48,985 nt of DNA from Dehalococcoidia bacterium (lineage in GTDB: Bacteria > Chloroflexota > Dehalococcoidia > Dehalococcoidales > G020351185): NCBI GenBank assembly GCA_020351185.1, contig CP070729.1:1314077-1363061 (forward strand), read 5' to 3'. Every line of letters starts with the position of its first letter. The first letter of the stretch is position 1. A model generated the notes under the pieces. That model was given only the letters and a program-made list of their open reading frames with translations. It searched no databases and was not told where the DNA came from. The translations under genes were made by a program, and so were the position numbers. Below are positions 39,268 through 47,942 of this stretch, one piece after another.

Positions 39268-39642
39268 ATGTCGAATAATCGAATTATAGATATTCATCAA
39301 CTTACTGAAATATTCAAAGCTCTTTCCAATACCAACCGTCTTAGAATCTTCATGCGTTTAACCTATTGTGCTGGACAAATACAGAATACTAAATCAGACG
39401 ATCAGATTTGTGAATGTGTTGGCACATTAGGCAACGACCTAGCAATTGCACCATCCACCATTTCTCATCACTTAAAGGAGCTTAGCCATTCAGGGCTTAT
39501 CACGATGACTAGACGGGGTCAGAATGTTGAATGTCAAGTAAATCCTGAGGCATTAAATTTATTAAATACTTTTTTTAACGAAGCTTGCGCCACATCAATT
39601 ACTATACAAAATGATCATGTTCCGGGCCAATTACAGGCCTGA
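39268..39642 (+). CDS. arsR: ArsR/SmtB-family metalloregulator
   Basis: Winged-helix HTH (PSTISHHLKELSHSGLI) preceded by CEC at the position of the ArsR CVC As(III) site. Confidence 0.8.
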   Translation: MSNNRIIDIHQLTEIFKALSNTNRLRIFMRLTYCAGQIQNTKSDDQICECVGTLGNDLAIAPSTISHHLKELSHSGLITMTRRGQNVECQVNPEALNLLNTFFNEACATSITIQNDHVPGQLQA

Positions 39643-39654
39643 AGGAGAGTGTAA

Positions 39655-39954
39655 ATGAATAAAAAGATAACTATCTATGAACCAACACTATGTTGTGACA
39701 GTGGTGTCTGCGGACCCAACCCTGACCAAGCGCTGATAACATTACAAGATACTATAGATAAAGCAAAGGAAAAGGGAATCGAAACTGAACGTTTTACCAT
39801 TACTTCACACCCAAAAAAATTCCAAGAAAATCCTGAGGTAATAAAACTGTTACAGGAAAAAAAGTTGAATGCCCTGCCCATTACTGCTTTTGAAGGACAG
39901 ATTATAAAAGCAGGCAGCTACCCAACTCTTGATGAATTAATCCGATATTTTTAA
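39655..39954 (+). CDS. arsD: arsenic metallochaperone ArsD (short form)
   Basis: IYEPTLCCDSGVCGP matches the ArsD Cys12-Cys13-Cys18 motif. Thioredoxin-like length and adjacent to arsA. Confidence 0.85.
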   Translation: MNKKITIYEPTLCCDSGVCGPNPDQALITLQDTIDKAKEKGIETERFTITSHPKKFQENPEVIKLLQEKKLNALPITAFEGQIIKAGSYPTLDELIRYF

Positions 39955-39997
39955 TTGACAATGGCAATATTTAGGAAATAAGTCGTTATAATTTTAG

Positions 39998-41878
39998 ATG
40001 GGAAAAAGCTTAAAAACTAGATTTTATTTCTTTTCCGGCAAGGGTGGAGTCGGTAAAACAACAATGGCTTGTGCAAGTGCTATCTACCTTGCCGCCCTTG
40101 GGGAAAAAACTCTTATCATTACGACCGATCCGGCATCCAATCTAGCCGATGTTTTCGAACAGAACATAGGGAACGAGATAACTACAATCAATACAACTAC
40201 TAATCTTTTTGCTCTTGAGCTGGATCCCGATAAAGCCACCGAAGAGTATAAGCAACGGACTATTGCACCACTACAAGGTATAGTTCCCCCTGAAAGTCTT
40301 GAAGTCATTGAGGAACAGTTAAACTCTCCATGCACAGCAGAAGTAGCTGCTTTTGAACGTTTTACCGATTTTCTACAGGACCCTGAATTCGATACTGTTA
40401 TCTTTGATACTGCCCCAACCGGTCACACGCTGAGACTAATTCAATTACCTGTTGAATGGAGCGGAGTTATTGAAGAAGCCGCTAGGAGCGGCACAGGTGG
40501 TCAAACCTGTGTTGGTCCAGCAGCATCACTAGCTGAATCGAAACTAAAATTTGACCGTGCCATCGAAGCTATGCGTAATCCCGATGAAGCAACCTTTATC
40601 TTTGTTTTACGCCCAGAAGCTACATCTATTTATGAAACGAATAACTCAATCACCGAACTTTCCAAACTGGGAATAAGGTCACAAGAATTAATTGTCAATG
40701 GCATTTATCCACAGAATATTTGTGATAGCCCGTTTATGAAAGGTCGTTATTCGCGTCAACAACAATTCTTGCAAACCATAAAAGATGACTTCTCTTTACC
40801 TACCACTTTAGTAGAACTAAAACCTAGCGAGGTAAAAGGGGTTGCAGCGCTATATGAAGTGGCAGAAGCGATTTTTAAAAAACCGATGAGTATGGATAAC
40901 TATTCACCGATTATATTAGAAAACATTCAAGTAACCTCCATACAAAATTATCCGTCCACAGACTTAGCCATAAACCAACTGTTAACACCTATTAACGGAA
41001 GAAGAACAATATTCTTTGCCGGCAAGGGCGGGGTCGGTAAAACCTCTGTTGCCGCAGCAACTAGTCTCTGGATAGCAAAACAAGGATACCGGACAATATT
41101 AATTACTACTGATCCAGCATCTCATTTAGCTCAGGTCTTCGAGCAAAATATATCCGACAAACCTACCCTCATAGAGGGTGAACAACACTTATGGATATCG
41201 CATATTGATCCGTCGAAGGCTGCACAGCAGTACAAAGAAAAAGTCTTGGCTGAAATACAACAGAAATACGATGAAAAAAGAGTTCTTGCCGTCGAGGAGG
41301 AGCTAAATTCGCCTTGCACCGAGGAGATGGCAACTTTTGAGAAATTCATAGAATTCGCTACCCTAAAGGATTACGAGGTTATGATCTTTGATACAGCACC
41401 AACAGGCCACACCCTTCGCCTGTTAAATTTACCAGTTGAATGGAATAGACAACTGGAAATAAAGATTTTTACAACCGTGGAGTCCAATGCAGATAAGATT
41501 ACCAAATCCCGCTTTCTTGAAGTTATCAACATGATGCAAGACCCAGAACAAACCACATTCAGTTTTGTTATGTATCCAGAAAAGACCCCAATCGAAGAAG
41601 CCAGCCGGGCAATGAGTGAATTATCAGAAATTGACATAAAAACCTCACTCGTTGTCGCTAACATGATATTACCTAATACAATAATAACAAATGATTACTG
41701 GCGACAGCGTCAGGCTATGCAAAAAGAATATCTAAAAGAAATGAAAAATAGATTCAAAGCACCCATTATACAACTGCCGCTTCTTGATGAAGATCTTATG
41801 GGTAAAGATAAATTAGTGCAGGCTGGAATGTTGCTTTATGGTATAAAAAACCCGGTAGCAGAAGGAGTAAAGAAATGA
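39998..41878 (+). CDS. arsA: arsenite-stimulated ATPase ArsA (two homologous halves)
   Basis: GKGGVGKT occurs twice and DTAPTGHTLRL twice. Equivalents of the R773 ArsA metalloid cysteines are present: NSPCTAEVAAF, GGQTCVGP, NSPCTEEMATF. Confidence 0.92.
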   Translation: MGKSLKTRFYFFSGKGGVGKTTMACASAIYLAALGEKTLIITTDPASNLADVFEQNIGNEITTINTTTNLFALELDPDKATEEYKQRTIAPLQGIVPPESLEVIEEQLNSPCTAEVAAFERFTDFLQDPEFDTVIFDTAPTGHTLRLIQLPVEWSGVIEEAARSGTGGQTCVGPAASLAESKLKFDRAIEAMRNPDEATFIFVLRPEATSIYETNNSITELSKLGIRSQELIVNGIYPQNICDSPFMKGRYSRQQQFLQTIKDDFSLPTTLVELKPSEVKGVAALYEVAEAIFKKPMSMDNYSPIILENIQVTSIQNYPSTDLAINQLLTPINGRRTIFFAGKGGVGKTSVAAATSLWIAKQGYRTILITTDPASHLAQVFEQNISDKPTLIEGEQHLWISHIDPSKAAQQYKEKVLAEIQQKYDEKRVLAVEEELNSPCTEEMATFEKFIEFATLKDYEVMIFDTAPTGHTLRLLNLPVEWNRQLEIKIFTTVESNADKITKSRFLEVINMMQDPEQTTFSFVMYPEKTPIEEASRAMSELSEIDIKTSLVVANMILPNTIITNDYWRQRQAMQKEYLKEMKNRFKAPIIQLPLLDEDLMGKDKLVQAGMLLYGIKNPVAEGVKK

Positions 41879-42435
41879 ACCAACAAGACATATCCGATCC
41901 TGAAAAACAAAATGAAGAATTGATATCGTCTTCGGTTCTGGGCAAGTGGTTCCCACGGGGTAAGCGCTGGCGTACAATAATTTTCACTGTTACCCTAATT
42001 GCAGCTATCGCAATCGCTACAAATTCAATAATTAGGTATGAGAGCAGCAGGGTAGTAGATGCACAACCGAATATCACGCCAACGATAACTACACCCCTAG
42101 AAGAAATCACTGCTCCCCAGTTTATTGAGGATCGCCAAGAGGCATACCTTTCCGATAATAAGCTTGTGCTTGTCATAACACCAGTGAATGATGACGGCCT
42201 AAATGAGCCTGTTACTGATACTGTAATTGAAGCAGCAAATAATATTCAGGATACGGATAATATTCATGTAGGAGTATATACACTACCAAAGGATGAATAT
42301 GCCACAAGTCCCAGTGTTACGGTTAGAGTATTGCATCATGATCCAACTAAACCAGACCTCTCTTGGACAATCCGCGAAGATATAACCACATCTAGCATCT
42401 ACGAAACCTATCTCAACTTTGTATTTATTCAATAG
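41875..42435 (+). CDS. hypothetical N-terminally membrane-anchored, cysteine-free protein (186 aa)
   Basis: Its start overlaps the arsA stop (ATGA). One TM helix (IIFTVTLIAAIAIATNSII) followed by a ~125-aa extracytoplasmic domain. Confidence 0.5.
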   Translation: MNQQDISDPEKQNEELISSSVLGKWFPRGKRWRTIIFTVTLIAAIAIATNSIIRYESSRVVDAQPNITPTITTPLEEITAPQFIEDRQEAYLSDNKLVLVITPVNDDGLNEPVTDTVIEAANNIQDTDNIHVGVYTLPKDEYATSPSVTVRVLHHDPTKPDLSWTIREDITTSSIYETYLNFVFIQ

Positions 42436-42443
42436 ACAAAGGA

Positions 42444-43181
42444 GTGGTAATAATGGAAGATTGGATAATGGAAATTCTCAAAGGTGACCAGTTTGGTCTG
42501 CTAGCATTTCTTGCTGCTTTTTTGTTCGGGATATCCAGCGCTTTCACTACTGCAGCCTGTGGTGGTATCCCCGCAATGTTGGTTATCGTCGGTTATACTG
42601 GTGCCAGTAAGGGTGGACGTCGACAATTATTTATTACGGCAGCTGCCTTCACAATAGCTTCAGTTACTGCACTAATGCTTCTTGGAGCGCTAATGAGTTA
42701 CTTCGGCGGGGCTATGCAGGATCTAACCGGCAGGTTAGGTTTTTATGCCTTGAAAGCAGTTGGTCTTATAGCCATATTTATCGGTTTTTTGGCACTCGAC
42801 ATTTTACCCTTTCGAGTCCCGGAATTCAAGCTAGCGCCGGAGAAGGTGCCAAGTGGTATTTTAGGTGCTTCTGTAATCGGACTTACCGCCGGCCTGGCAT
42901 CGGCCGGTTGCGCCGCTACTTGCTCACCTATACAACTCCCAGTCGTACTAGGGCTAGCAACACTTAGAGGTGAAATGTTGCAAGGTGCTTTCATACTCGG
43001 TTTATTTGCACTGGGATATACCTTCCCAATTGTGGCTATTATGCTTGGTGTAGGCATGGGTAAAGCTTCGAGAATTATGGCTAAAATTGACAAACCGCTT
43101 CGAATTATATCGGGAATCTTCCTTATTGGCGTCGGCTTTTATCTGATATCAATAATGAGTTTATCTATAAAGATTAATTAG
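42444..43181 (+). CDS. CcdA/DsbD-superfamily (DsbD_2-like) thiol-disulfide electron-transport membrane protein
   Basis: About 6 TM segments with one Cys-containing motif in each half (TAACGGIP and ATCSPIQLP). The ATG at 42453 with AAGGAG upstream is the likelier start. Confidence 0.65.
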   Translation: MVIMEDWIMEILKGDQFGLLAFLAAFLFGISSAFTTAACGGIPAMLVIVGYTGASKGGRRQLFITAAAFTIASVTALMLLGALMSYFGGAMQDLTGRLGFYALKAVGLIAIFIGFLALDILPFRVPEFKLAPEKVPSGILGASVIGLTAGLASAGCAATCSPIQLPVVLGLATLRGEMLQGAFILGLFALGYTFPIVAIMLGVGMGKASRIMAKIDKPLRIISGIFLIGVGFYLISIMSLSIKIN

Positions 43182-43205
43182 TAAAATTTATCGAGTCATA
43201 GATAC

Positions 43206-43958
43206 ATGTATCATAAGTCAGAAAAGAAAACAGCTGCGAGAAAGAGTAGACAAAAACAACTTCAATCTATAACCAGACGTCATTTCTTAAAAGAAGCCAG
43301 TATTATAGTAGGTGGAATAGCTTTAACCTCAGTACCATTAACATCAGCTTGTAGTGATTCTGGACACATTTCTACCTCGAATAATACAAATAATACTCCA
43401 ATTAGTACACTTACAGGCGAAAACACATCGACTAAAACAACAACTAAAGATACTTCAATTACATCAGTAAATACCGAAATTTACACTCCCAACGTGACAT
43501 GGAATGGTGAATATATTCCTCCTAATGAGGACCCCGAGGTGGAGCCAATACCTGGTTGCACTACGTTTGTAGCCGTGGACCGACTCTATGCTATAGAGCA
43601 CATGTGGATTAAGCCAATTGCTGAAGGTATTGTAGTTATTGGGATTACTGAGAAATTTCTTGAATTCCTAGAAGATGTATTTTTAATATCACTTCAAGAC
43701 GTTAGTACTACCATTACGCGTAATTCATACCTTGGGGATATAGAAGCAAAAAAAATGAACGTTGAAATGGTAGCTCCAGTCAGCGGAGTGATACTGCAAA
43801 ATAATGATAAAATTTTAGATGATCCAGATTGGGTCGAGAAAAGACCATATGTTAGTGGCTGGTTTCAGGTAATACAACTAAGCAATCCCAACGAGCTAAA
43901 TGAACTCCTTACAGCTGAAAAGTATATATCATATCAAGCCAAAGTTGTTGTCGAATAA
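43206..43958 (+). CDS. Tat-signal, possibly lipid-anchored, GcvH-like (lipoyl-carrier fold) exported protein
   Basis: TRRHFLK twin-arginine motif, h-region ending LTSAC, an S/T/N-rich linker, then a ~125-aa domain that aligns without gaps to the window's own gcvH, including the lipoyl Lys (K183, 43752-43754). Confidence 0.7.
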   Translation: MYHKSEKKTAARKSRQKQLQSITRRHFLKEASIIVGGIALTSVPLTSACSDSGHISTSNNTNNTPISTLTGENTSTKTTTKDTSITSVNTEIYTPNVTWNGEYIPPNEDPEVEPIPGCTTFVAVDRLYAIEHMWIKPIAEGIVVIGITEKFLEFLEDVFLISLQDVSTTITRNSYLGDIEAKKMNVEMVAPVSGVILQNNDKILDDPDWVEKRPYVSGWFQVIQLSNPNELNELLTAEKYISYQAKVVVE

Positions 43959-44336
43959 TCCTATTACTATCTGGAAATTAAAAACATAAAATCAATTACA
44001 AACAGGAAGAGTTTTCATATTCCAACTTTATTTTCTATGAAATATTTGTTTTGTTGTTGTATATCATTAATTCCTTGTGTAATTAAAGAGCTGATTAAAA
44101 TCCTGAAAGATTTAAGCAATAGCAACCATATTTCCTTCTAGCCAGTGTTTGATACCCGGAAATTCAGGACCTTATAATGTAACTCTTCTATTAAAAATTA
44201 AATCCTAAAAAGAAAAGTCTTTTGATGGGTTTGAACCCATACCCCATTGTTTAAAATAGCGTTAAGTACCGTCAGCCCGTAATACTTAAAAATTAAAAAT
44301 TGACGTTCAGCTAGTTGAAGTTTAAAAAAAATGGAT

Positions 44337-45935
44337 TTACACCGTCATAAAAACCTTCTGAATAATTGGATTCAGAGAGGGTCCGATTTTTTCAAGAGCT
44401 TTGTGACGAATATCGTTCAATTCTTTTTGCCCCTTTTCGAATTCAAACCAGCTGAAGAGTTTTTCTGGGTGCATATACATTTCATCGACTGTTCGGATAG
44501 CTTTTGGTACCTTGAAACCAGTTGGTGATGCCACCCAATCCTCTAAACCCCCTCTAAGCAGAGAGTCTAAAATACCCATAGTAGTATCAAGGCGTATATC
44601 TTGGTAATGTTCGCTATCGCCGATGCCTCCTGTATTTAATAGATAGTAGTTAAGAAAGGGAAATCTTTTGGTAACGTCGTAAAAGATGTTTGCATGTTCA
44701 GCCCGATCGCCAGCGACAAAAGGATCATAAAAGAATTCACTACGAATTTTTCCAGCTTGGGTGGGGTCACCAGCAGAGGACTCCATCGCCTGTCCTAAAA
44801 TCATCAAAGCCACAGCTTGCTCATGAGTTAATTTCGAAATAGCTGGTATTTGAGGACCTCGGGTGATAAGAATAAGATTGTCAACCTTATCGACATCAAT
44901 ATATGAACTGGCATGTAGAAAGAAAGACCTGGGTATTACCGCACGCCCATTGGAAGTTCTGGTGAAGTTATAAAAATCAAAATCACCATCGTCGTCAACA
45001 TGAACATTTTCGCAAACAGTCTCCTTGCGGTGCAAACCGAAATATATCTCCGTTTGATCACCGGGGTTTACCGCCTCTGTCTTTACAAAGATGCCTCCTG
45101 CTTCGAAACCATGGAAGGAGCCATCAGGCATGAGCACTCCACCATCATCCTGAACCAACCATGATTTTTCTCTTCCTTTCTTAGATAAAATACGTGATGT
45201 GGTAGTGGTCTTTCCATTTGCACTTAGGGCTACGAGCAAAGTACGCACCCATTGGTAGTCACCATGAACGTTCTGCAAATAATCCTCTCGACACCCAGCA
45301 TGCAGGAATATTCCACCCCTTTGAGTTTTAGCTACCCAATCTTCAGCCGCAAACACACCCTTCTTAAACTCTCCAATATAATTACCATTGCGGATTATTT
45401 TGACGAAGCGACCATCTGGTAACATGGCTAAACGAATAGTGATATCCTTTTCGGGAAGTGGCTTCTCTTTGTTAATTTCAAAGTTATTATCGGCAAAGAA
45501 GATGATTTGATATTTAGGTTTCTCCACCTCTTTATTTGCGGGGATAAATAGATTGCGACCACCATAAGCTACGTGAGCAAAGCGTTCTGGAACAATCAAA
45601 CGGACTGTTGTATCTGAATCAACGCTACCAACTATGCAATCAACTGATATTAAATTTTCCTTGGATAAAGACTCTTCGCATTGAGTAAGAAGTTGTATTT
45701 CTGTTTCACCGAATGCATTGTCTACACTGTTTTTAGTGAACATAGCTGAACGAGAAGTTGGTTCGCTTTGGGCAACGAAATTCCCATACCTAGTTTTTAT
45801 TATTCCAGGTTCTCGCTCGAGGATTTCTCTGAGTTTATCATTTGAAGGATTGTCCGTTAATCGATTCTCAATTAACGCTTTATCCCTAATTCTACTAGCT
45901 ACTTTATAAAATAACTCTAGATCGAACTTTGACAT
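44337..45935 (-). CDS. phosphoenolpyruvate carboxykinase (ATP)-like, divergent
   Basis: LSANGKTTTTS...LVQDDGG...FHGFEAGGIFVKT aligns with PckA GLSGTGKTTLS...IGDDEHGW...FNFEGGCYAK. Confidence 0.6.
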   Translation of the reverse strand: MSKFDLELFYKVASRIRDKALIENRLTDNPSNDKLREILEREPGIIKTRYGNFVAQSEPTSRSAMFTKNSVDNAFGETEIQLLTQCEESLSKENLISVDCIVGSVDSDTTVRLIVPERFAHVAYGGRNLFIPANKEVEKPKYQIIFFADNNFEINKEKPLPEKDITIRLAMLPDGRFVKIIRNGNYIGEFKKGVFAAEDWVAKTQRGGIFLHAGCREDYLQNVHGDYQWVRTLLVALSANGKTTTTSRILSKKGREKSWLVQDDGGVLMPDGSFHGFEAGGIFVKTEAVNPGDQTEIYFGLHRKETVCENVHVDDDGDFDFYNFTRTSNGRAVIPRSFFLHASSYIDVDKVDNLILITRGPQIPAISKLTHEQAVALMILGQAMESSAGDPTQAGKIRSEFFYDPFVAGDRAEHANIFYDVTKRFPFLNYYLLNTGGIGDSEHYQDIRLDTTMGILDSLLRGGLEDWVASPTGFKVPKAIRTVDEMYMHPEKLFSWFEFEKGQKELNDIRHKALEKIGPSLNPIIQKVFMTV

Positions 45936-46138
45936 ATTCTGTGCGACATCCTCATATTTATTAATAAAATATAAATCTTAATTCTTTTTAATATATAATA
46001 CGATATATTTAAGATAGTTACCAGTATTCAATCTCCGACATAATTCCCCATCAAGCTTTTCATCGTTGACTTGCACTCAATCACAACCCCTATTTTTATC
46101 TCACAGGATAAGTTTTTTGCTTTACTCTATTTTGGGGA

Positions 46139-46167
46139 TTGACACTTCCTATTCCAAGTATTAGATT
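46139..46167 (+). promoter_or_regulatory. putative sigma-70 promoter upstream of the GYD gene
   Basis: TTGACA, 17 nt spacer, TAGATT. Confidence 0.3.
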
Positions 46168-46274
46168 TATTATATACAACTGGATATTACCTGGGTGGGT
46201 GGATGAAGCGAAGGTATATAGGGCGCTAGTTCGCGACAAAGCTAGCGCTTATTATTTAATAAGGAGGTACTGAA

Positions 46275-46562
46275 ATGACAACCTATATCATTTTAAGTCG
46301 AGTGCATCCAGAGGTGTTAAAAGAGCCCAAGGAATTCAAGCAGCTTACTGAAAGGGTTTCTAAGAAAATCTTAAACGATTGTCCTGATGTCGTTTGGAAA
46401 GAAAGCTTTGGAACATTAGGGCGCTTTGATATTGTTGATATTATTGAATCAGATGACCCGAAACAAATAGCCAAAGCCGCTATGATTCTTAGTACCATGG
46501 GACATGAAACAACCGAAACTTTAACAGCAATTCCTTGGAAGGAATTTTTGGTAAACTATTAA
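46275..46562 (+). CDS. GYD-domain protein
   Basis: 95 aa. The pattern around GTLGRFDIVDIIESDD and the family-typical length fit. AAGGAGG lies upstream. Confidence 0.7.
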   Translation: MTTYIILSRVHPEVLKEPKEFKQLTERVSKKILNDCPDVVWKESFGTLGRFDIVDIIESDDPKQIAKAAMILSTMGHETTETLTAIPWKEFLVNY

Positions 46563-46716
46563 GTATCGATAAGCTGCATATTAAAAAGTAATCTAGGGCA
46601 TGCTTGCTATTATTATTTAACATATCAAATGGATAGATAGAAATGGCAAATGACTAAAAAATATAATAGGCATTGAAAAAAGAGATATCATAGGTTTATC
46701 TTATAGAGTTAATAGA

Positions 46717-46911
46717 TTATAGCTTCTCTAAGTCATAATGAGCTATTTGATCAATATTACAAGTCACCATTTGCCCATCTTTTAGTCTGACGAGATATTC
46801 CTTCTGTTTTCCATCTTGATTGTAGGTAATGTCTTTTATTTCTCCGGCATGTGGTTCTTGATTTTCGGTATGGTACAACACCCCATCCCCAATTTTAAAA
46901 ATATCAGTCAT
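46717..46911 (-). CDS. hypothetical small protein (64 aa, possibly SH3/Tudor-like)
   Basis: ORF only. The FKIGDGVLY...G.I beta-rich pattern is the only hint. No family assignment. Confidence 0.35.
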   Translation of the reverse strand: MTDIFKIGDGVLYHTENQEPHAGEIKDITYNQDGKQKEYLVRLKDGQMVTCNIDQIAHYDLEKL

Positions 46912-47135
46912 AATCGAGCTCCAATATTCATATTATACCATTAACAATAGGTAGAATTTATGATGAAACTATAATTATTCAATCAAATATTGATATAATG
47001 ACGGAGATACGTTAAGTGATATCTTCCAATATTTCAATATTTGCTTATCATGCCATTAGAATAATGGGTATGAAATTTTTCAGGGATGCAATGACATAGC
47101 AAAAAACCCGTACAACTAAAGGAGATAATAGTATA

Positions 47136-47942
47136 ATGAATAATACGAATATTCAGGTTTGTATTCGAGGAGCTGGCGAGCTTGCTACCGCAGTGGCTCA
47201 TAAACTTCATAAATGTAACTTTCGGGTGTTCCTAACCGAGATTGCTAACCCTAAGGCAGTAAGAAGAAAAGTTGCATTTTGCGAAGCTGTACACCTTGGT
47301 TCTATAGAAGTCGAGGGTGTTACCGCTGAACTGGTAGTAACTACTAATGAAATTAATGCTGTTTGGCAAAGAGGTAATATTCCCCTTATTATTGGCCCGA
47401 AGATTTCAATAATAGGTAATGCAAAAGTAGATGTATTCATTGACGCTATTATGGCAAAAAAGAATACTGGTGTTTATAAGAATCTAGCTCCCTTAGTCAT
47501 CGGTCTAGGTCCCGGGTTTTCTGCTGGAAGGGATGTAGATGTGGTTATAGAGACTAAGAGGGGGCATGATTTGGGTCGAATCATTCTTGAAGGAGAAGCC
47601 GAGCCTAATACCGGTATTCCCGGTGTCATCGGTGGTTATTCAAAGGAGCGTGTTTTTCGAGCACCTCAAGAAGGCACATTTAAGAATGTTAAAGACATTG
47701 GTGATATAGTAGAGGCTGGTGAGACGTTAGCCATAGTTGACGGGATCCCCGTTAAAGCTGAAATTAGCGGTGTGATCCGAGGTATGTTAGCTAATGGAAC
47801 TAATGTTCACGTAGGTATGAAGGCTGGAGATATAGACCCGCGTGGCATAAAGAGGTATTGCTATACTATCTCAGATAAAGGACGTACTATCGCTGGTGGC
47901 GTGGTAGAAGCCATCCTTTCATGGAATAAATTATATGAATAA
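47136..47942 (+). CDS. YqeB-family protein (selenium-dependent molybdenum hydroxylase system accessory protein-like)
   Basis: From memory of the TIGR03309-type N-terminus: IRGAGELATAVAHKLHKCNFRVFLTEI..P.AVRRKVAFCEAV...VEGVTA. AAGGAG lies upstream. Confidence 0.55.
   Translation: MNNTNIQVCIRGAGELATAVAHKLHKCNFRVFLTEIANPKAVRRKVAFCEAVHLGSIEVEGVTAELVVTTNEINAVWQRGNIPLIIGPKISIIGNAKVDVFIDAIMAKKNTGVYKNLAPLVIGLGPGFSAGRDVDVVIETKRGHDLGRIILEGEAEPNTGIPGVIGGYSKERVFRAPQEGTFKNVKDIGDIVEAGETLAIVDGIPVKAEISGVIRGMLANGTNVHVGMKAGDIDPRGIKRYCYTISDKGRTIAGGVVEAILSWNKLYE

Noticed and set aside
39998-41878. ArsA acting as a Get3/TRC40-like targeting factor for the tail-anchored Ala-rich protein at 31 kb.
   Set aside because: All three metalloid-binding cysteines and an adjacent ArsD and ArsR point to a genuine arsenite ATPase. 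The two loci are 7 kb apart and unlinked. This is pure speculation.
44225-44240. T-arm-like hairpin ATGGG-TTTGAA-CCCAT suggesting a tRNA or tRNA fragment (possible att site).
   Set aside because: The loop is 6 nt rather than 7, there are no flanking D or anticodon arms on either strand, and there are no nearby integrase or repeat partners.
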